Part shown: positions 38,804 to 47,637 of the stretch, piece after piece
Layout of the letters: every line of letters starts with the position of its first letter
Numbering within the stretch: position 1 is the stretch's first letter
Virus record (IMG/VR): IMGVR_UViG_3300025327_001907
Location: 1-54,401 of that record
Reading direction: 5' to 3' (one strand)
Length of the DNA: 54,401 nt
Origin: a virus
Lineage: Duplodnaviria; Caudoviricetes
Translations under genes and position numbers: made by a program
Notes under the pieces: generated by a model
What the model was told of the DNA's origin: nothing
The model's database searches: none
Seen by the model: only the letters and a program-made list of their open reading frames with translations

Positions 38804-39493
38804 TTACGCGTAGTCCGCGACGGACAGCACGGTTGCGGAATCGGGATCGTAAACGATCATCTTGTCCGATCCGGCGGCATCTCGGAAAGCACCCACACGA
38901 ACTTGGTTCGTGTTGATGACTTCGAGGCCGGCACCGCGGGTGTCAAAGATCGATTTGAACAGCGGGGCCTCTCCCGTCGTCTTGGCGCCGAACGCGGCAG
39001 TCAGCGCCACACCGCCGTTGACCGCCTCGTTCTCAACGAGACAACCGTAGCCCTCGGTGATCGCACCTTCCGTCTGGAATTTCCCGTACAGGGCCGCAGC
39101 CAGTGCGAGTGTACCGCTGTAGCCGGAAAACACCGACACCTGTCCGTGGAGACCGCGGGCGACATCGACGTTGGCGGAACCGCGCACCTGGCCCTGCGCA
39201 TGGAGACCCGTCGCCTCAGAGAGCGCCACGCCGGAGCCCTGGCGGCCGACGAACTCAGCACCGCGGACGGTGCCGGCAGCTCCCTGACCCTCCACCTGGA
39301 CGAAGAGACCCTGGAACTGGCCCGTCTTCTGGGAGGAATAGCGCAGCTCGATGGCCTCACCGGGTGCGTGGGTAGAGGGAATCGTGACGGAGGCGCCGTC
39401 CCGGTTGCCGGTCGTGATGCGACCCAGTGCGCCGAGGTAGAAGCCGGCGTCGATGCCAGGCAGATACTTGTTCAGGGGAACGGTTGCAGGCAT
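38804..39493 (-). CDS. Gly-rich beta-helical fibre-like protein
   Basis: Periodic GLF/GAE/GLH/ALYG repeats; AAGGAG RBS. Confidence 0.6.
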   Translation of the reverse strand: MPATVPLNKYLPGIDAGFYLGALGRITTGNRDGASVTIPSTHAPGEAIELRYSSQKTGQFQGLFVQVEGQGAAGTVRGAEFVGRQGSGVALSEATGLHAQGQVRGSANVDVARGLHGQVSVFSGYSGTLALAAALYGKFQTEGAITEGYGCLVENEAVNGGVALTAAFGAKTTGEAPLFKSIFDTRGAGLEVINTNQVRVGAFRDAAGSDKMIVYDPDSATVLSVADYA

Positions 39494-39505
39494 GGCCGTG
39501 ACTCC

Positions 39506-39733
39506 TTACCCGACAGACGAACTCCGCACGGAGGAGATTGCTGCCGCGGTGAACTGTTGGGTGTTCTGCGAGTTGACCATGCGGGACACCCACTCCTGGT
39601 AGGTCACCGGATAGGACTCCTGCAAAGCAAATGCAGCGAGGTGATCCGGTACCAACTGCGGGCCGTCACGAAAAGTCACGACGCGGGCTTCCGCGTTGCT
39701 TCCCGATTCCGGGTGAATTCGCGACGGTCTCAC
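39506..39733 (-). CDS. hypothetical protein (start uncertain)
   Basis: Fills gap; GTG 6 nt after a -10 element. Confidence 0.5.
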   Translation of the reverse strand: MRPSRIHPESGSNAEARVVTFRDGPQLVPDHLAAFALQESYPVTYQEWVSRMVNSQNTQQFTAAAISSVRSSSVG

Positions 39734-39739
39734 GTCCCG

Positions 39740-39782
39740 ATCCTACCGCCACGCGAAATTTCCATCAACGCGTTGTGCCCCC
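39740..39782 (-). promoter_or_regulatory. class II promoter GGGGGCACAA-N27-TAGGAT
   Basis: Repeated motif. Confidence 0.62.
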
Positions 39783-39935
39783 TGCCTCCTCCCGTTCCAG
39801 ACGTGCGCGCTTGGCCCGCTGACGTTTGGTGAGTTGGCGGATGACCGGCGCGAACACGCGTCGCAAGTGTCTACGGCGGGCGCGGGTCGATGTGTCCGAG
39901 TGTGGGGTGCCTCCGGGTACGCGTCTTGGTTTCAT
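39765..39935 (-). CDS. small Arg-rich protein (56 aa)
   Basis: ATGA overlap with TerL stop; GGAGAGG RBS. Confidence 0.5.
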   Translation of the reverse strand: MKPRRVPGGTPHSDTSTRARRRHLRRVFAPVIRQLTKRQRAKRARLEREEAGGTTR

Positions 39936-41455
39936 GATAGACCTCTCCAAGCAACGCTGAACTGCGCGAGGTCGCGCGCCTCCTTCGATTGGCGGACGCC
40001 GTATCGCATCCCATCCATCAAGTGGTTGTCGAAGTCCACTGGCACGTCGCTGGTGGTTGTGCCGTATTCGTCCGTCGGGTAGGTGTAGTGTGACCGCTCC
40101 CACTCCCAGTAGGGTAGATTGTTGAACACCACCAAACCGCCATTGCCGCCGGAACGTAGAGCGGCGCCCGTCTCCAGCAAGCCCACCGCCTTCCCTTTAT
40201 CCGGCTTGAACACAAGAGAGTTCGGAAACCGCTGCTCCAGCCAGTCATGAAGCCATGCACCCGCCGGGTCGTAGAAGATCCGGTCGATGCGCTCCGGCTC
40301 ACCACGGGTTGTCCAGTGACCGGCGGAGATCAATGCACCGTCGGGGCCAAAGATGTCCGGCGCCCACTCTTCAAAGACGCTGGCGTCCACGATTTCCTGC
40401 GCCAGCTCTTCCGGTGACCTCGTGACAACCTTCACCTTCTGCCATTGGGAAATCTTCGGTCGGCAGTGCTGGTAATACTCCCGGTACAAGTACCAGGTGT
40501 GCGGCGGCACCGGGTCAATGGCGATCCAGACCGCGGCGAAAGCGGACGGGCCACCGGAAGATGGGTCGATGGACAGGATGCGCATCCAGTGCTTGGGAAT
40601 CGTGAAGGGATCGCAGAACGTGACCTGTGGGTACACGAGTCCAACCGGACGCTCAAACATCGCGTTGAACCGTGTGTTGATGTACTCAGGTGGCAGGACG
40701 CGTTTCTGATCTTCCAGCAACTTCGGGGCGAAGTACGGATTGACCAAAGACGGATAACGCACGACGAGCATGTGTTCGTTGGTCGGATCTTTCGCTTGGT
40801 CGAGATACTCCTTCAACCACTTCCCCTCGATATACGGCGTCGTGGTCATGAGTGATTGGGCACCTTCAGCCATGCGGGAGATTGCCTCAAAGTACGGCCC
40901 CTCCGTCCTGAAGAGTCCACCCTCGTCGATCCAGATGGCGTGCATGTGCGCACCCTGAAGGCGATGCTTATGTGTGGCCGAGCCCGTGTAGATGTAGGCT
41001 GGAATACCGACGCGCGTGAGATCGATGGTCAGCAGGCGGGCGTTGAAGATTTCGTCACTCCATCCGAACACGTCTTCAAAGAACTGCATCATGCGGCCGA
41101 CCCCGACCTCGCGACGCTGGATGTCACCGAGCGTCGGGCCGACAATGCCAAACGAGTTCGTGGCGTTCGGATACCGCTTGACCGCGCGTTGAATGTGCCG
41201 CCACATCCAGAGCGGCCCCATGTAAGATTTTCCGCCTTGCGTCCCAGCGATCATGAAGAGATGGCGCTGTCGGGCATACCAAATCGGGAGTTGGCCGGCG
41301 TGGAGGCGCTTCGGGCTCTCGTTGTCGTACGGGACTGGGTATAGCTCGTCGCCGATCTTCCGTTTCCTCGCGCGTACGGTGATGAAGTTGCCTTCGCGCT
41401 TGTAGATGGGCGGATAGGCAGCGGTCAGTTCATCGACCGTGCGTGGGGTTGTCAT
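39932..41455 (-). CDS. terL: terminase large subunit
   Basis: AGTQGGKS, IWIDEG, MTTTP, SIDP, LYREYY, DNHLMDGMRY. Confidence 0.93.
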   Translation of the reverse strand: MTTPRTVDELTAAYPPIYKREGNFITVRARKRKIGDELYPVPYDNESPKRLHAGQLPIWYARQRHLFMIAGTQGGKSYMGPLWMWRHIQRAVKRYPNATNSFGIVGPTLGDIQRREVGVGRMMQFFEDVFGWSDEIFNARLLTIDLTRVGIPAYIYTGSATHKHRLQGAHMHAIWIDEGGLFRTEGPYFEAISRMAEGAQSLMTTTPYIEGKWLKEYLDQAKDPTNEHMLVVRYPSLVNPYFAPKLLEDQKRVLPPEYINTRFNAMFERPVGLVYPQVTFCDPFTIPKHWMRILSIDPSSGGPSAFAAVWIAIDPVPPHTWYLYREYYQHCRPKISQWQKVKVVTRSPEELAQEIVDASVFEEWAPDIFGPDGALISAGHWTTRGEPERIDRIFYDPAGAWLHDWLEQRFPNSLVFKPDKGKAVGLLETGAALRSGGNGGLVVFNNLPYWEWERSHYTYPTDEYGTTTSDVPVDFDNHLMDGMRYGVRQSKEARDLAQFSVAWRGLS

Positions 41456-41658
41456 GACATGCGTCGAATCGTGATGCCTTCAGCAAGAAGAACAATCTCT
41501 TCGCCGTCCCGGAGAATGAGGTGAAGACTCGCTCCGGGAGTGAGCTGGTCGGTTGGCGCTGTCGGGCTGGCTCCGCGGACAGTGAAGTTTCGATCGGTGA
41601 TCCTGATCGTTACTGAATCGCGGCGCTCGTTCTTGATCACAGTTTCAAGATGGGGCAT
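41452..41658 (-). CDS. hypothetical protein
   Basis: ATGA coupling to TerL. Confidence 0.6.
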   Translation of the reverse strand: MPHLETVIKNERRDSVTIRITDRNFTVRGASPTAPTDQLTPGASLHLILRDGEEIVLLAEGITIRRMS

Positions 41659-42295
41659 CGTCGTCCACCTCGTAATCAGCGAGCATCCCTAACGGATCGT
41701 CATCTCCGATCGGCGCCGGGTCGCCGGTCGGAGTTGCAGCGCCTGGAACGGGCGGTTTTCCGCGAGGGTGGACGGGTTGCGGCGCGCGGCCGGGGGAGTC
41801 ATGAATCACCCCGTCCAACCGGCCGATGTCGCGCGCGAGGCTGACCGCCAGATCCAAAAGCGGCCGCTTGCCGGCAGGCGTCACGTGGTCAAGTTGCGAC
41901 TCCACTTTGCGTAGCTGTCGGAGGATGATCCGGCGGAAGTCCTGACGCTTTGGTTCAAGACCTCCTGTCTCTCGGCGCTTGCGTTCGGAGCGGATCTCCG
42001 CCGCAAGCGTGTCCGTCGTCTTCTTTGTGCCCTGGAACGTCTGAAGGTAAACGCGCAACTCCGGGTCAAGGAGAAATTCGAGTTTGATCTCGTCGTCCGT
42101 GAGACCGAAGTAGACGAGTTCGGCAATCCGTTCTCGTCGCAGTGCGGCGAGCGCCTGCGGCCGAAGAGCCACACGTGCAACGGTGGCCTCAATATCGGAC
42201 AGTGCTCCCTCCGCCAGCTTTTTGTAAAGCTCCGCAATAGTGAGCGGCCCGAGCGGCCTGGACTCCTGGCTGTCTGAATCACCCGTCACGCTCAT
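41645..42295 (-). CDS. putative terminase small subunit
   Basis: RRERIAEL..GLT HTH-like N-terminus, helical; upstream of TerL. Confidence 0.5.
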   Translation of the reverse strand: MSVTGDSDSQESRPLGPLTIAELYKKLAEGALSDIEATVARVALRPQALAALRRERIAELVYFGLTDDEIKLEFLLDPELRVYLQTFQGTKKTTDTLAAEIRSERKRRETGGLEPKRQDFRRIILRQLRKVESQLDHVTPAGKRPLLDLAVSLARDIGRLDGVIHDSPGRAPQPVHPRGKPPVPGAATPTGDPAPIGDDDPLGMLADYEVDDDAPS

Positions 42296-42328
42296 AGTAT
42301 TTCACTTCTGGCCTAGACGGTCAAATTA

Positions 42329-42357
42329 TTGACGACTTCCAGCCGTGAGTCTAAGAT
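42329..42357 (+). promoter_or_regulatory. sigma70-type promoter TTGACG-N17-TAAGAT, leaderless
   Basis: ATG at 42364 lies 6 nt after the -10. Confidence 0.75.
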
Positions 42358-42363
42358 TACGGC

Positions 42364-42939
42364 ATGGTGCGGGCCGTACGTGAATTCAGTGCGTTCGCAA
42401 GGTGGGAGATCCTGACCTACTCGCGCAGGCCGCGAAGGATGGTGCGCCATTACTGTCCGGTCTGCCAATGTGACCGCTGGTTCTTCGGACTCCACGCAAA
42501 CAAGGGCCGCCAGAACTGCGCCGGGCAGATCCGCGTCCGCGGCATTTGCACATTCCTGCCGGTACATGCCAACGACGAACATCTTCGCAAGAACTTCACC
42601 ATCGACCTTCGCGAATGGGGTGCGCCACGCGTCCGTCAGCTCTGTCAATGTGGATTACCAGCGTCACATGACGATCCCTGCAAACCATATGAACGTCGAA
42701 CCGTGCCACCAACCCCCACCATCTCCACGGAAGATGTTGAAGATGAAGAGCGCGTCACAGGTGCGTTGATGCGTGAGATCCGCCAGCTCGCCGGACTCTC
42801 GCACAAAGAGCTGGCGGAGCGGCTTAAACTCCCGGACGAGCACACACTCCGCAACATGGAATTCAAAGACGTGCCCCGCAGGCTATATGAACAGGCACGG
42901 AAGTTGGTGGGCGCGACTCCGACGCGAACGAAGCACTGA
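42364..42939 (+). CDS. Cys-rich N-terminus plus XRE-type HTH regulator
   Basis: CPVC, CQC..H..C; MREIRQLAGLSHKELAERL..TLRNME. Confidence 0.75.
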   Translation: MVRAVREFSAFARWEILTYSRRPRRMVRHYCPVCQCDRWFFGLHANKGRQNCAGQIRVRGICTFLPVHANDEHLRKNFTIDLREWGAPRVRQLCQCGLPASHDDPCKPYERRTVPPTPTISTEDVEDEERVTGALMREIRQLAGLSHKELAERLKLPDEHTLRNMEFKDVPRRLYEQARKLVGATPTRTKH

Positions 42940-42973
42940 AGCGGTCTGTGTATTCCACTTTTCTGCCGTTGGG

Positions 42974-43558
42974 CTACACGCCTTCGGTTGGTGAACGGCG
43001 CCGGGGAGATTTGGCGCGCCCGCGGCGGCGAAGTCTCTTAGGAACCTCACCAGTCGCGAAGTACGCACGGATCTCCGTCTCCGTCATCTCGTGTTGGTGC
43101 TCCGCGATCAGGAAGTTGAACCGGGGAAGTGGCGGTTCTCTGCCCTCGAAGTATTGGGGATCGCGTACTTCCATGCGACCGCGCTCCATCACTTCCTGAC
43201 CGCCGTTCTGATACCAGGTGGCGAATGCCTGGTTCTGAAGCGCATCCGCGAGCGTTGGGAAGTACGTTTCCTCCCAACTGAATCCAGCAGGTCGGGCCTC
43301 GCTGTGCGTACCTTCACCGTGTGCATCAACCTTGCAGTACGGGAACTCACAAGAAGCCGTGGCGTGTGCGTCGGGACTTCCCTGCCAGGTCACAACGCGA
43401 AAGTGGGGCTGATAGATCATCCGCGGTTTATTCGGGTCGATGCGAGGCGGCCGCCGCCCGCGCCACCGATCGAGCGCGCCCATGCCGGGAAACGCGAAGC
43501 GACCCGGTGTCGAGGCTTCGCTTCGTTCTTCTTCGTCTTCGCGTTCGTCGTCAATCAT
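42974..43558 (-). CDS. hypothetical protein
   Basis: TGATG coupling to upstream peptide. Confidence 0.6.
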   Translation of the reverse strand: MIDDEREDEEERSEASTPGRFAFPGMGALDRWRGRRPPRIDPNKPRMIYQPHFRVVTWQGSPDAHATASCEFPYCKVDAHGEGTHSEARPAGFSWEETYFPTLADALQNQAFATWYQNGGQEVMERGRMEVRDPQYFEGREPPLPRFNFLIAEHQHEMTETEIRAYFATGEVPKRLRRRGRAKSPRRRSPTEGV

Positions 43559-43638
43559 CACCAAACCCCGAAGATGTCCAGCACCCAGACGAGGATGAAT
43601 CCCACGAGGACGAGATAGAGAATCTCCCCAGTGCTCAT
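43558..43638 (-). CDS. 26-aa single-TM peptide, not in the ORF track
   Basis: MSTGEILYLVLVGFILVWVLDIFGVW; start and stop overlap both neighbours. Confidence 0.6.
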   Translation of the reverse strand: MSTGEILYLVLVGFILVWVLDIFGVW

Positions 43639-44321
43639 CGTTTCCGTCGTTGTAGGCGCCTGCGTTCAGCTCTGGAGACTGGCTGAAGTTCCGTTATCGG
43701 CACGAACTGATAGGTGCAGACACGTTCCAACCCCTCCACGTCAAACGGATGCATCGGGTAGGTAGCGCACATCTGCGGGCGCTGTGATTGTCCATAGATC
43801 CCGCACGTGCGTTGCGCGGTCAGCTCCGTACACTTCAGCGGCACGTGCGCCAGCACAGCGCCCTGCTTCTGAATAAGAGACACGCCGCGTGTGGACAACC
43901 ATGCTTCAAAGTCGGCGAATGGTGCCGGTGCGGACGGGGCGGGTGTCTCTCCACCAACAGGGAGACCAGCCCAGAGCCGACCGTCCTCCTCAAACAAGAA
44001 CACGTCATGGAGATTGAGCCAACGCTCCCAGTCGTCGAACCCTTCGCGTTTCTTCACATAGCCGGCGACCGGAAGGCCGATCGAGATCGCGTCGCCGGCA
44101 AAACCATCGATCATCTCCGGGACGGCGGGCGCTATTGGTAAGACCATCGCCTCACAACAGGCGCCGCACCCCTCTGTACACCCACCTTGGCGAAGCCAGA
44201 ACAAGGCACCATCTCCGCCGGGTGCGGTGCCGGTACCCGGAAAGACGAGCGGCGGATCTTCGCGTGCGTGTCCGCCGGTTTTGAGGCCGACATACTCGGG
44301 GTAGCGATCGCGCACCATCAC
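43635..44321 (-). CDS. YkgJ-like Cys-cluster (CxxxCxxCC) protein
   Basis: CTEGCGACC ... CTEL..CGIY..RPQMCATYP. Confidence 0.82.
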   Translation of the reverse strand: MMVRDRYPEYVGLKTGGHAREDPPLVFPGTGTAPGGDGALFWLRQGGCTEGCGACCEAMVLPIAPAVPEMIDGFAGDAISIGLPVAGYVKKREGFDDWERWLNLHDVFLFEEDGRLWAGLPVGGETPAPSAPAPFADFEAWLSTRGVSLIQKQGAVLAHVPLKCTELTAQRTCGIYGQSQRPQMCATYPMHPFDVEGLERVCTYQFVPITELQPVSRAERRRLQRRKR

Positions 44322-44686
44322 GGTGCTCCGCGATCGTGTGTGAGAGGTGGCAACCCACGTTCTATACGAGCCTCGTTGATGGTGCGGAAGGACACGTCGG
44401 GTAAGTGTGGGCCATGCTGCCAGGCATACAGCCAGCGCTGATAGGCGACGATTACCCAGAGCGTGGTTGTGGCGACATTAGCCGCGAGCGCAAACCACCA
44501 GTGAAACGCGAGAGAAATGGTCAGCACGGGAAGGAGCAAGAGGGCGGTGGTCACCGACGTTCCGAGTGGGACGGTGGAAGCCTTGTGCCGGTACTGGTGG
44601 ACAATGGTCGGTGCGAGCGACGCGGCAAAGCCAATACCGGACACGAGCAGCAGTGGATCGGCCCACTCGCGAATGATCGAGAGCAT
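44318..44686 (-). CDS. PQ-loop/SemiSWEET-like 3-TM protein
   Basis: Three hydrophobic helices; LAPTIVHQYRHK..VPL loop; GGAGG RBS. Confidence 0.6.
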   Translation of the reverse strand: MLSIIREWADPLLLVSGIGFAASLAPTIVHQYRHKASTVPLGTSVTTALLLLPVLTISLAFHWWFALAANVATTTLWVIVAYQRWLYAWQHGPHLPDVSFRTINEARIERGLPPLTHDRGAP

Positions 44687-44694
44687 GGAACCTC

Positions 44695-44829
44695 CTAGCG
44701 AGACATACGACAGAACCGCAGGTAGTGGTGTCGGCAGACTGGCGTGGGAACACCGTTCTTGTCGATGACGTGCTCAATGATGCGGAGGCAGGTCGAGCGT
44801 AATCCGTGGAAGTAGCGACAGGTGTCCAT
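44695..44829 (-). CDS. small Zn-finger-like protein (44 aa)
   Basis: C..C..CRHH; TGATG overlap. Confidence 0.5.
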   Translation of the reverse strand: MDTCRYFHGLRSTCLRIIEHVIDKNGVPTPVCRHHYLRFCRMSR

Positions 44830-45197
44830 CAGTAGTCCGAGCCTTGAAGGGGTGGTACTAACCCCGGTCTGTCCGGGTAGCGTTCGCGAAGGCAGTCGCG
44901 ATCGACCTCGAATGACGCGGCGCCGAGCACAATGCCCCACGCGTGGTCGTTGTTCCAGACCATACCCGTGCCGTCCGCGGTCAGTGTTGGAGCGAACCAC
45001 GACTTGAACGTGTTACCGGCGCGGTCGTGAATCGTGTAGCACGCTTTGTCGAGTGGGTACGGATCGGCGGGTTCCGGTGCATCGTCCCAAGCGGTAACGA
45101 AGAGCCCGGCCGCGATGATGATCAGGGTCGTTGCCAAAATCAGCATGCCTGCCAGCCGCGTAGCCTGGTGTCGCAAAACAAACCGAAGAAAACTCAT
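44829..45197 (-). CDS. membrane-anchored exported protein
   Basis: N-terminal TM helix; two Cys in the distal domain. Confidence 0.65.
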   Translation of the reverse strand: MSFLRFVLRHQATRLAGMLILATTLIIIAAGLFVTAWDDAPEPADPYPLDKACYTIHDRAGNTFKSWFAPTLTADGTGMVWNNDHAWGIVLGAASFEVDRDCLRERYPDRPGLVPPLQGSDY

Positions 45198-45204
45198 GTA
45201 CTGA

Positions 45205-45226
45205 AGCGTAGGTGGGGGGCCAAAAT
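45205..45226 (-). promoter_or_regulatory. class I promoter (ATTT-N12-TACGCT)
   Basis: 7 nt upstream of ATG 45197. Confidence 0.6.
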
Positions 45227-45286
45227 ATCGCAAGAGCCGGGATAGAATACATGCATCGGATCACACCGATCGCTTCGAGGTGCGTG

Positions 45287-45763
45287 ATGGCAGAAGATGC
45301 CCGGCCACAGGAACCTGAGAACAAGCCGATAGGGCAGCCACGCCAGGAAGCCGGCGATGTGTTCGGCGTCATCCTCGGCAGCCTCGAACGGCTGGAGGGC
45401 GCCGTCGGCCGCGTTGATCATAAGGTCGATCGCCAGACTGGACGCATGGACACGCTGGTAGATGCCACCAATCATCGGCTCGACGAGTTCCGAGAGTTTA
45501 TGTCGGAGGAGCAGGAGAAAGCGCAGGCATATCGCGCCGAGCTGTCCCAAGCCTTTTTCAGTCACCAGCAGGTCGTGGCTACCGCGATCAGCTCGAAGGC
45601 CGACCGGACGGAGCTGCTCACCTCACTGGGCGTCAAGCTCCTGAACCTCTCCCCCATCCGTTGGGCAATCGGCGTGATCGGGCTCACCCTACTGACGAGC
45701 CTCGCCGCCACCTACCAGCACTGGGGCCGCGCCGTCATCCACGGGTTCAGTCAGCTCTTCTAG
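45287..45763 (+). CDS. coiled-coil protein with C-terminal TM helix (possibly lysis-associated)
   Basis: GAGGT RBS; heptads then WAIGVIGLTLLTSLAA. Confidence 0.6.
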   Translation: MAEDARPQEPENKPIGQPRQEAGDVFGVILGSLERLEGAVGRVDHKVDRQTGRMDTLVDATNHRLDEFREFMSEEQEKAQAYRAELSQAFFSHQQVVATAISSKADRTELLTSLGVKLLNLSPIRWAIGVIGLTLLTSLAATYQHWGRAVIHGFSQLF

Positions 45764-46090
45764 CCGTAGCAACACGAGTTCGCGGATCACATCCGCGTGA
45801 CAGGCCGCCGGCGCGCACCAGCACTCCAGATCCACGGGCATGCCTTCAAACACAAAGTGGATGATGCGCGTCAGCTCCGCGCGGACAGCCGGGTCGTTTA
45901 CGGCAGCGCGCGCGAGCCAGGTGCGGTAGCGGTTGATGACCGTCGCACGATTTCCGTCCAACCCTATCCGGTAGGGATTTCCAAGCGGTGATGGGCGTCC
46001 AACATGGATGCGGACGTGATTTCCCGAGTGGACAGGCGCGTAGCGCCGGTTGGTGACCGTGATCCGGTCAGCGAATGGTGTGTCCGTCAC
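45689..46090 (-). CDS. DUF4326-family protein
   Basis: VGRPSPLGNPY, LECWCAPAACHADVI. Confidence 0.82.
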   Translation of the reverse strand: MTDTPFADRITVTNRRYAPVHSGNHVRIHVGRPSPLGNPYRIGLDGNRATVINRYRTWLARAAVNDPAVRAELTRIIHFVFEGMPVDLECWCAPAACHADVIRELVLLRLEELTEPVDDGAAPVLVGGGEARQ

Positions 46091-46454
46091 GACATGCCTG
46101 CGGCAGCGCGTCCGCTCCGATCCGCGTGTAGTCTGCGGCCTGGGCCGCGGAGAGACAGCGCGAGTGCTGTGAAAGGCTGAAGCCTCCCGTCCCCCACGGG
46201 GCGGTGCCCTGAACGCGCATCGTCGGTTCGCCGGCGGCATCCGGGCCGCCGCCGACAAGTGCGGGATCGGGCGCGGGCGGAGTTGACTCCGTTGAGGCAT
46301 CCTCCTCCGTGGCCTTCCGCACGGCGTCGGCGGCGTCCTCCACCGCGGCGTCAACCGTCTCCTGACCGCGGGCCAGGGCGTCGGCGACCGGGTTTGACTC
46401 CTCCGTGGGTACCTGTTCCTCGGCGTCCTGAACTTCAGGTGTGTCAGGCATCAT
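46068..46454 (-). CDS. acidic hypothetical protein (track labels it +, but it is on the minus strand)
   Basis: MMPDTPEVQ is the reverse complement of 46428-46454; GGGAGG RBS; stop at 46068-46070. Confidence 0.7.
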   Translation of the reverse strand: MMPDTPEVQDAEEQVPTEESNPVADALARGQETVDAAVEDAADAVRKATEEDASTESTPPAPDPALVGGGPDAAGEPTMRVQGTAPWGTGGFSLSQHSRCLSAAQAADYTRIGADALPQACRDGHTIR

Positions 46455-46615
46455 TCCCTCCCTCTAATCTCGACCTCTGTGATACGAACGACGAGAAATG
46501 AGTCCTCATCGTCCGCAGGGAGCTTCTCAGGTCTGGTTGGCTCCACCGGGCGCCGGGGCGATCCTGCTGGCTCTGGATGCCGACGCCATCCTGTTGGCTC
46601 TGGATGCGGCTTCAT
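46451..46615 (-). CDS. small Pro-rich protein (54 aa) with HPEPxG repeat, not in the ORF track
   Basis: GAGGT RBS; 27-nt-period direct repeat; stop overlaps next start. Confidence 0.5.
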   Translation of the reverse strand: MKPHPEPTGWRRHPEPAGSPRRPVEPTRPEKLPADDEDSFLVVRITEVEIRGRE

Positions 46616-46645
46616 GATGGTGGCACCTCGTCCGGGTGGAAATAG

Positions 46646-46684
46646 CCCCGGCAGTTCACCCCACCAAAGGGGCGGACGCCGGGG
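46646..46684 (-). terminator. hairpin/terminator after holin
   Basis: CCCCGGC/GCCGGGG outer stem with CCCC/GGGG inner stem, then CTATTT. Confidence 0.5.
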
Positions 46685-46692
46685 AACGTCGT

Positions 46693-46968
46693 CTACTTAG
46701 TCGGCGCGACCTTCTCGACGACCGCCTTAACGCCGGCGCTGTAGAGGCCGCTTGCCATGAGGCCGGAGACCACGCTGATCGTCGCGAACTCCTGCCACCC
46801 GTTCACAGGCGACCAGTTCATCGTGATGGCCGTCCAGACGAAGCCGGCGGCGATGGAGATGACGGCGTTGAAGCGCGCCGGGATCTCGGGGACGGTGCGC
46901 TTGACGACCTCGGTCAGTGCGATGATGAACGGCATCGAGATGGCGGCTGCGGCAATCAGGGGTTCCAT
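46693..46968 (-). CDS. holin
   Basis: 91 aa, 2-3 TM, LTEVVKR, GLMASGLYS; AAGGAGG RBS. Confidence 0.82.
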   Translation of the reverse strand: MEPLIAAAAISMPFIIALTEVVKRTVPEIPARFNAVISIAAGFVWTAITMNWSPVNGWQEFATISVVSGLMASGLYSAGVKAVVEKVAPTK

Positions 46969-47066
46969 GACATCCTCCTTGGCTCTCACCAGCGTAGGCC
47001 CACGAAAAATATCGCGCAAGGTGACGTGCCCCTGAGGATCGATCCGGGTTTTCACGAACGGCCGTT

Positions 47067-47609
47067 CTAACAGCGTTGGAATTTCCCGTCCCGGAAGACG
47101 ATCACACCCCACCCCTGGAGTTCATCTAATGCATCGTTGAAGACAGCTCTGCCGGATCGAGCGAGACGCCGTTGTAAGTCGCGCCGCGAAAGGGCGCCGT
47201 GCATAACAAGGGCGCGAAGAATGCTGTATGCCGTCGTCGCTTTGCCGCCGCGAGGAAGTCGCGCCGAGGAAACCGCGTCTTCAAGTACCTCTCGGGCCGT
47301 GTCCTGTTGACGCTGATAATTCGCCAGATCGGCATGGTCGAACCATTCCTCGATACCGCTGGCTTGGTGTAAATCCCGCAGCAGCTCAGGAGTCTCCTGA
47401 AGCCACTCGCCCATCATCCGGGAGTGTTTTGCAAGGAACTGGCGCTCCAATGCCCGTACGCGGTCGGTTGAACCCGGCACGGAGATGATGGGCTCCAGCG
47501 GGTAGGGGTTGCCCGTTTGGAGAGACTGGACGCGTGCGCGAAGGCCGGTATCGGTTGTAATGCCGACCTTCACGTGACCATGCCCATCCGAGAGCGTGTA
47601 GAAGAGCAT
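47067..47609 (-). CDS. GIY-YIG/T5orf172-domain protein with C-terminal winged helix
   Basis: VKVGIT..RVQSLQTGNP..LE..GEW; C-terminus similar to the primase-helicase wHTH. Confidence 0.82.
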   Translation of the reverse strand: MLFYTLSDGHGHVKVGITTDTGLRARVQSLQTGNPYPLEPIISVPGSTDRVRALERQFLAKHSRMMGEWLQETPELLRDLHQASGIEEWFDHADLANYQRQQDTAREVLEDAVSSARLPRGGKATTAYSILRALVMHGALSRRDLQRRLARSGRAVFNDALDELQGWGVIVFRDGKFQRC

Positions 47610-47615
47610 GGGGGC

Positions 47616-47637
47616 AGTCTATAGGGTGTTATGAAAT
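47616..47637 (-). promoter_or_regulatory. class I promoter (ATTT-N12-TAGACT), leaderless
   Basis: ATG 6 nt after the -10; overlaps left arm of the inverted repeat. Confidence 0.62.

Noticed and set aside
42313-42648. Minus-strand 111-aa ORF
   Set aside because: Shadow of the plus-strand XRE gene, which has a promoter and a recognisable domain
46068-46454. ORF track gives this ORF as + strand
   Set aside because: The listed protein translates from the minus strand (CAT at 46452-46454, TCA at 46068-46070); annotated as minus
46561-46608. Mini-CRISPR from a 20-nt direct repeat
   Set aside because: Two copies with a 27-nt period, in-frame within a small ORF; no spacer-length gap or cas genes
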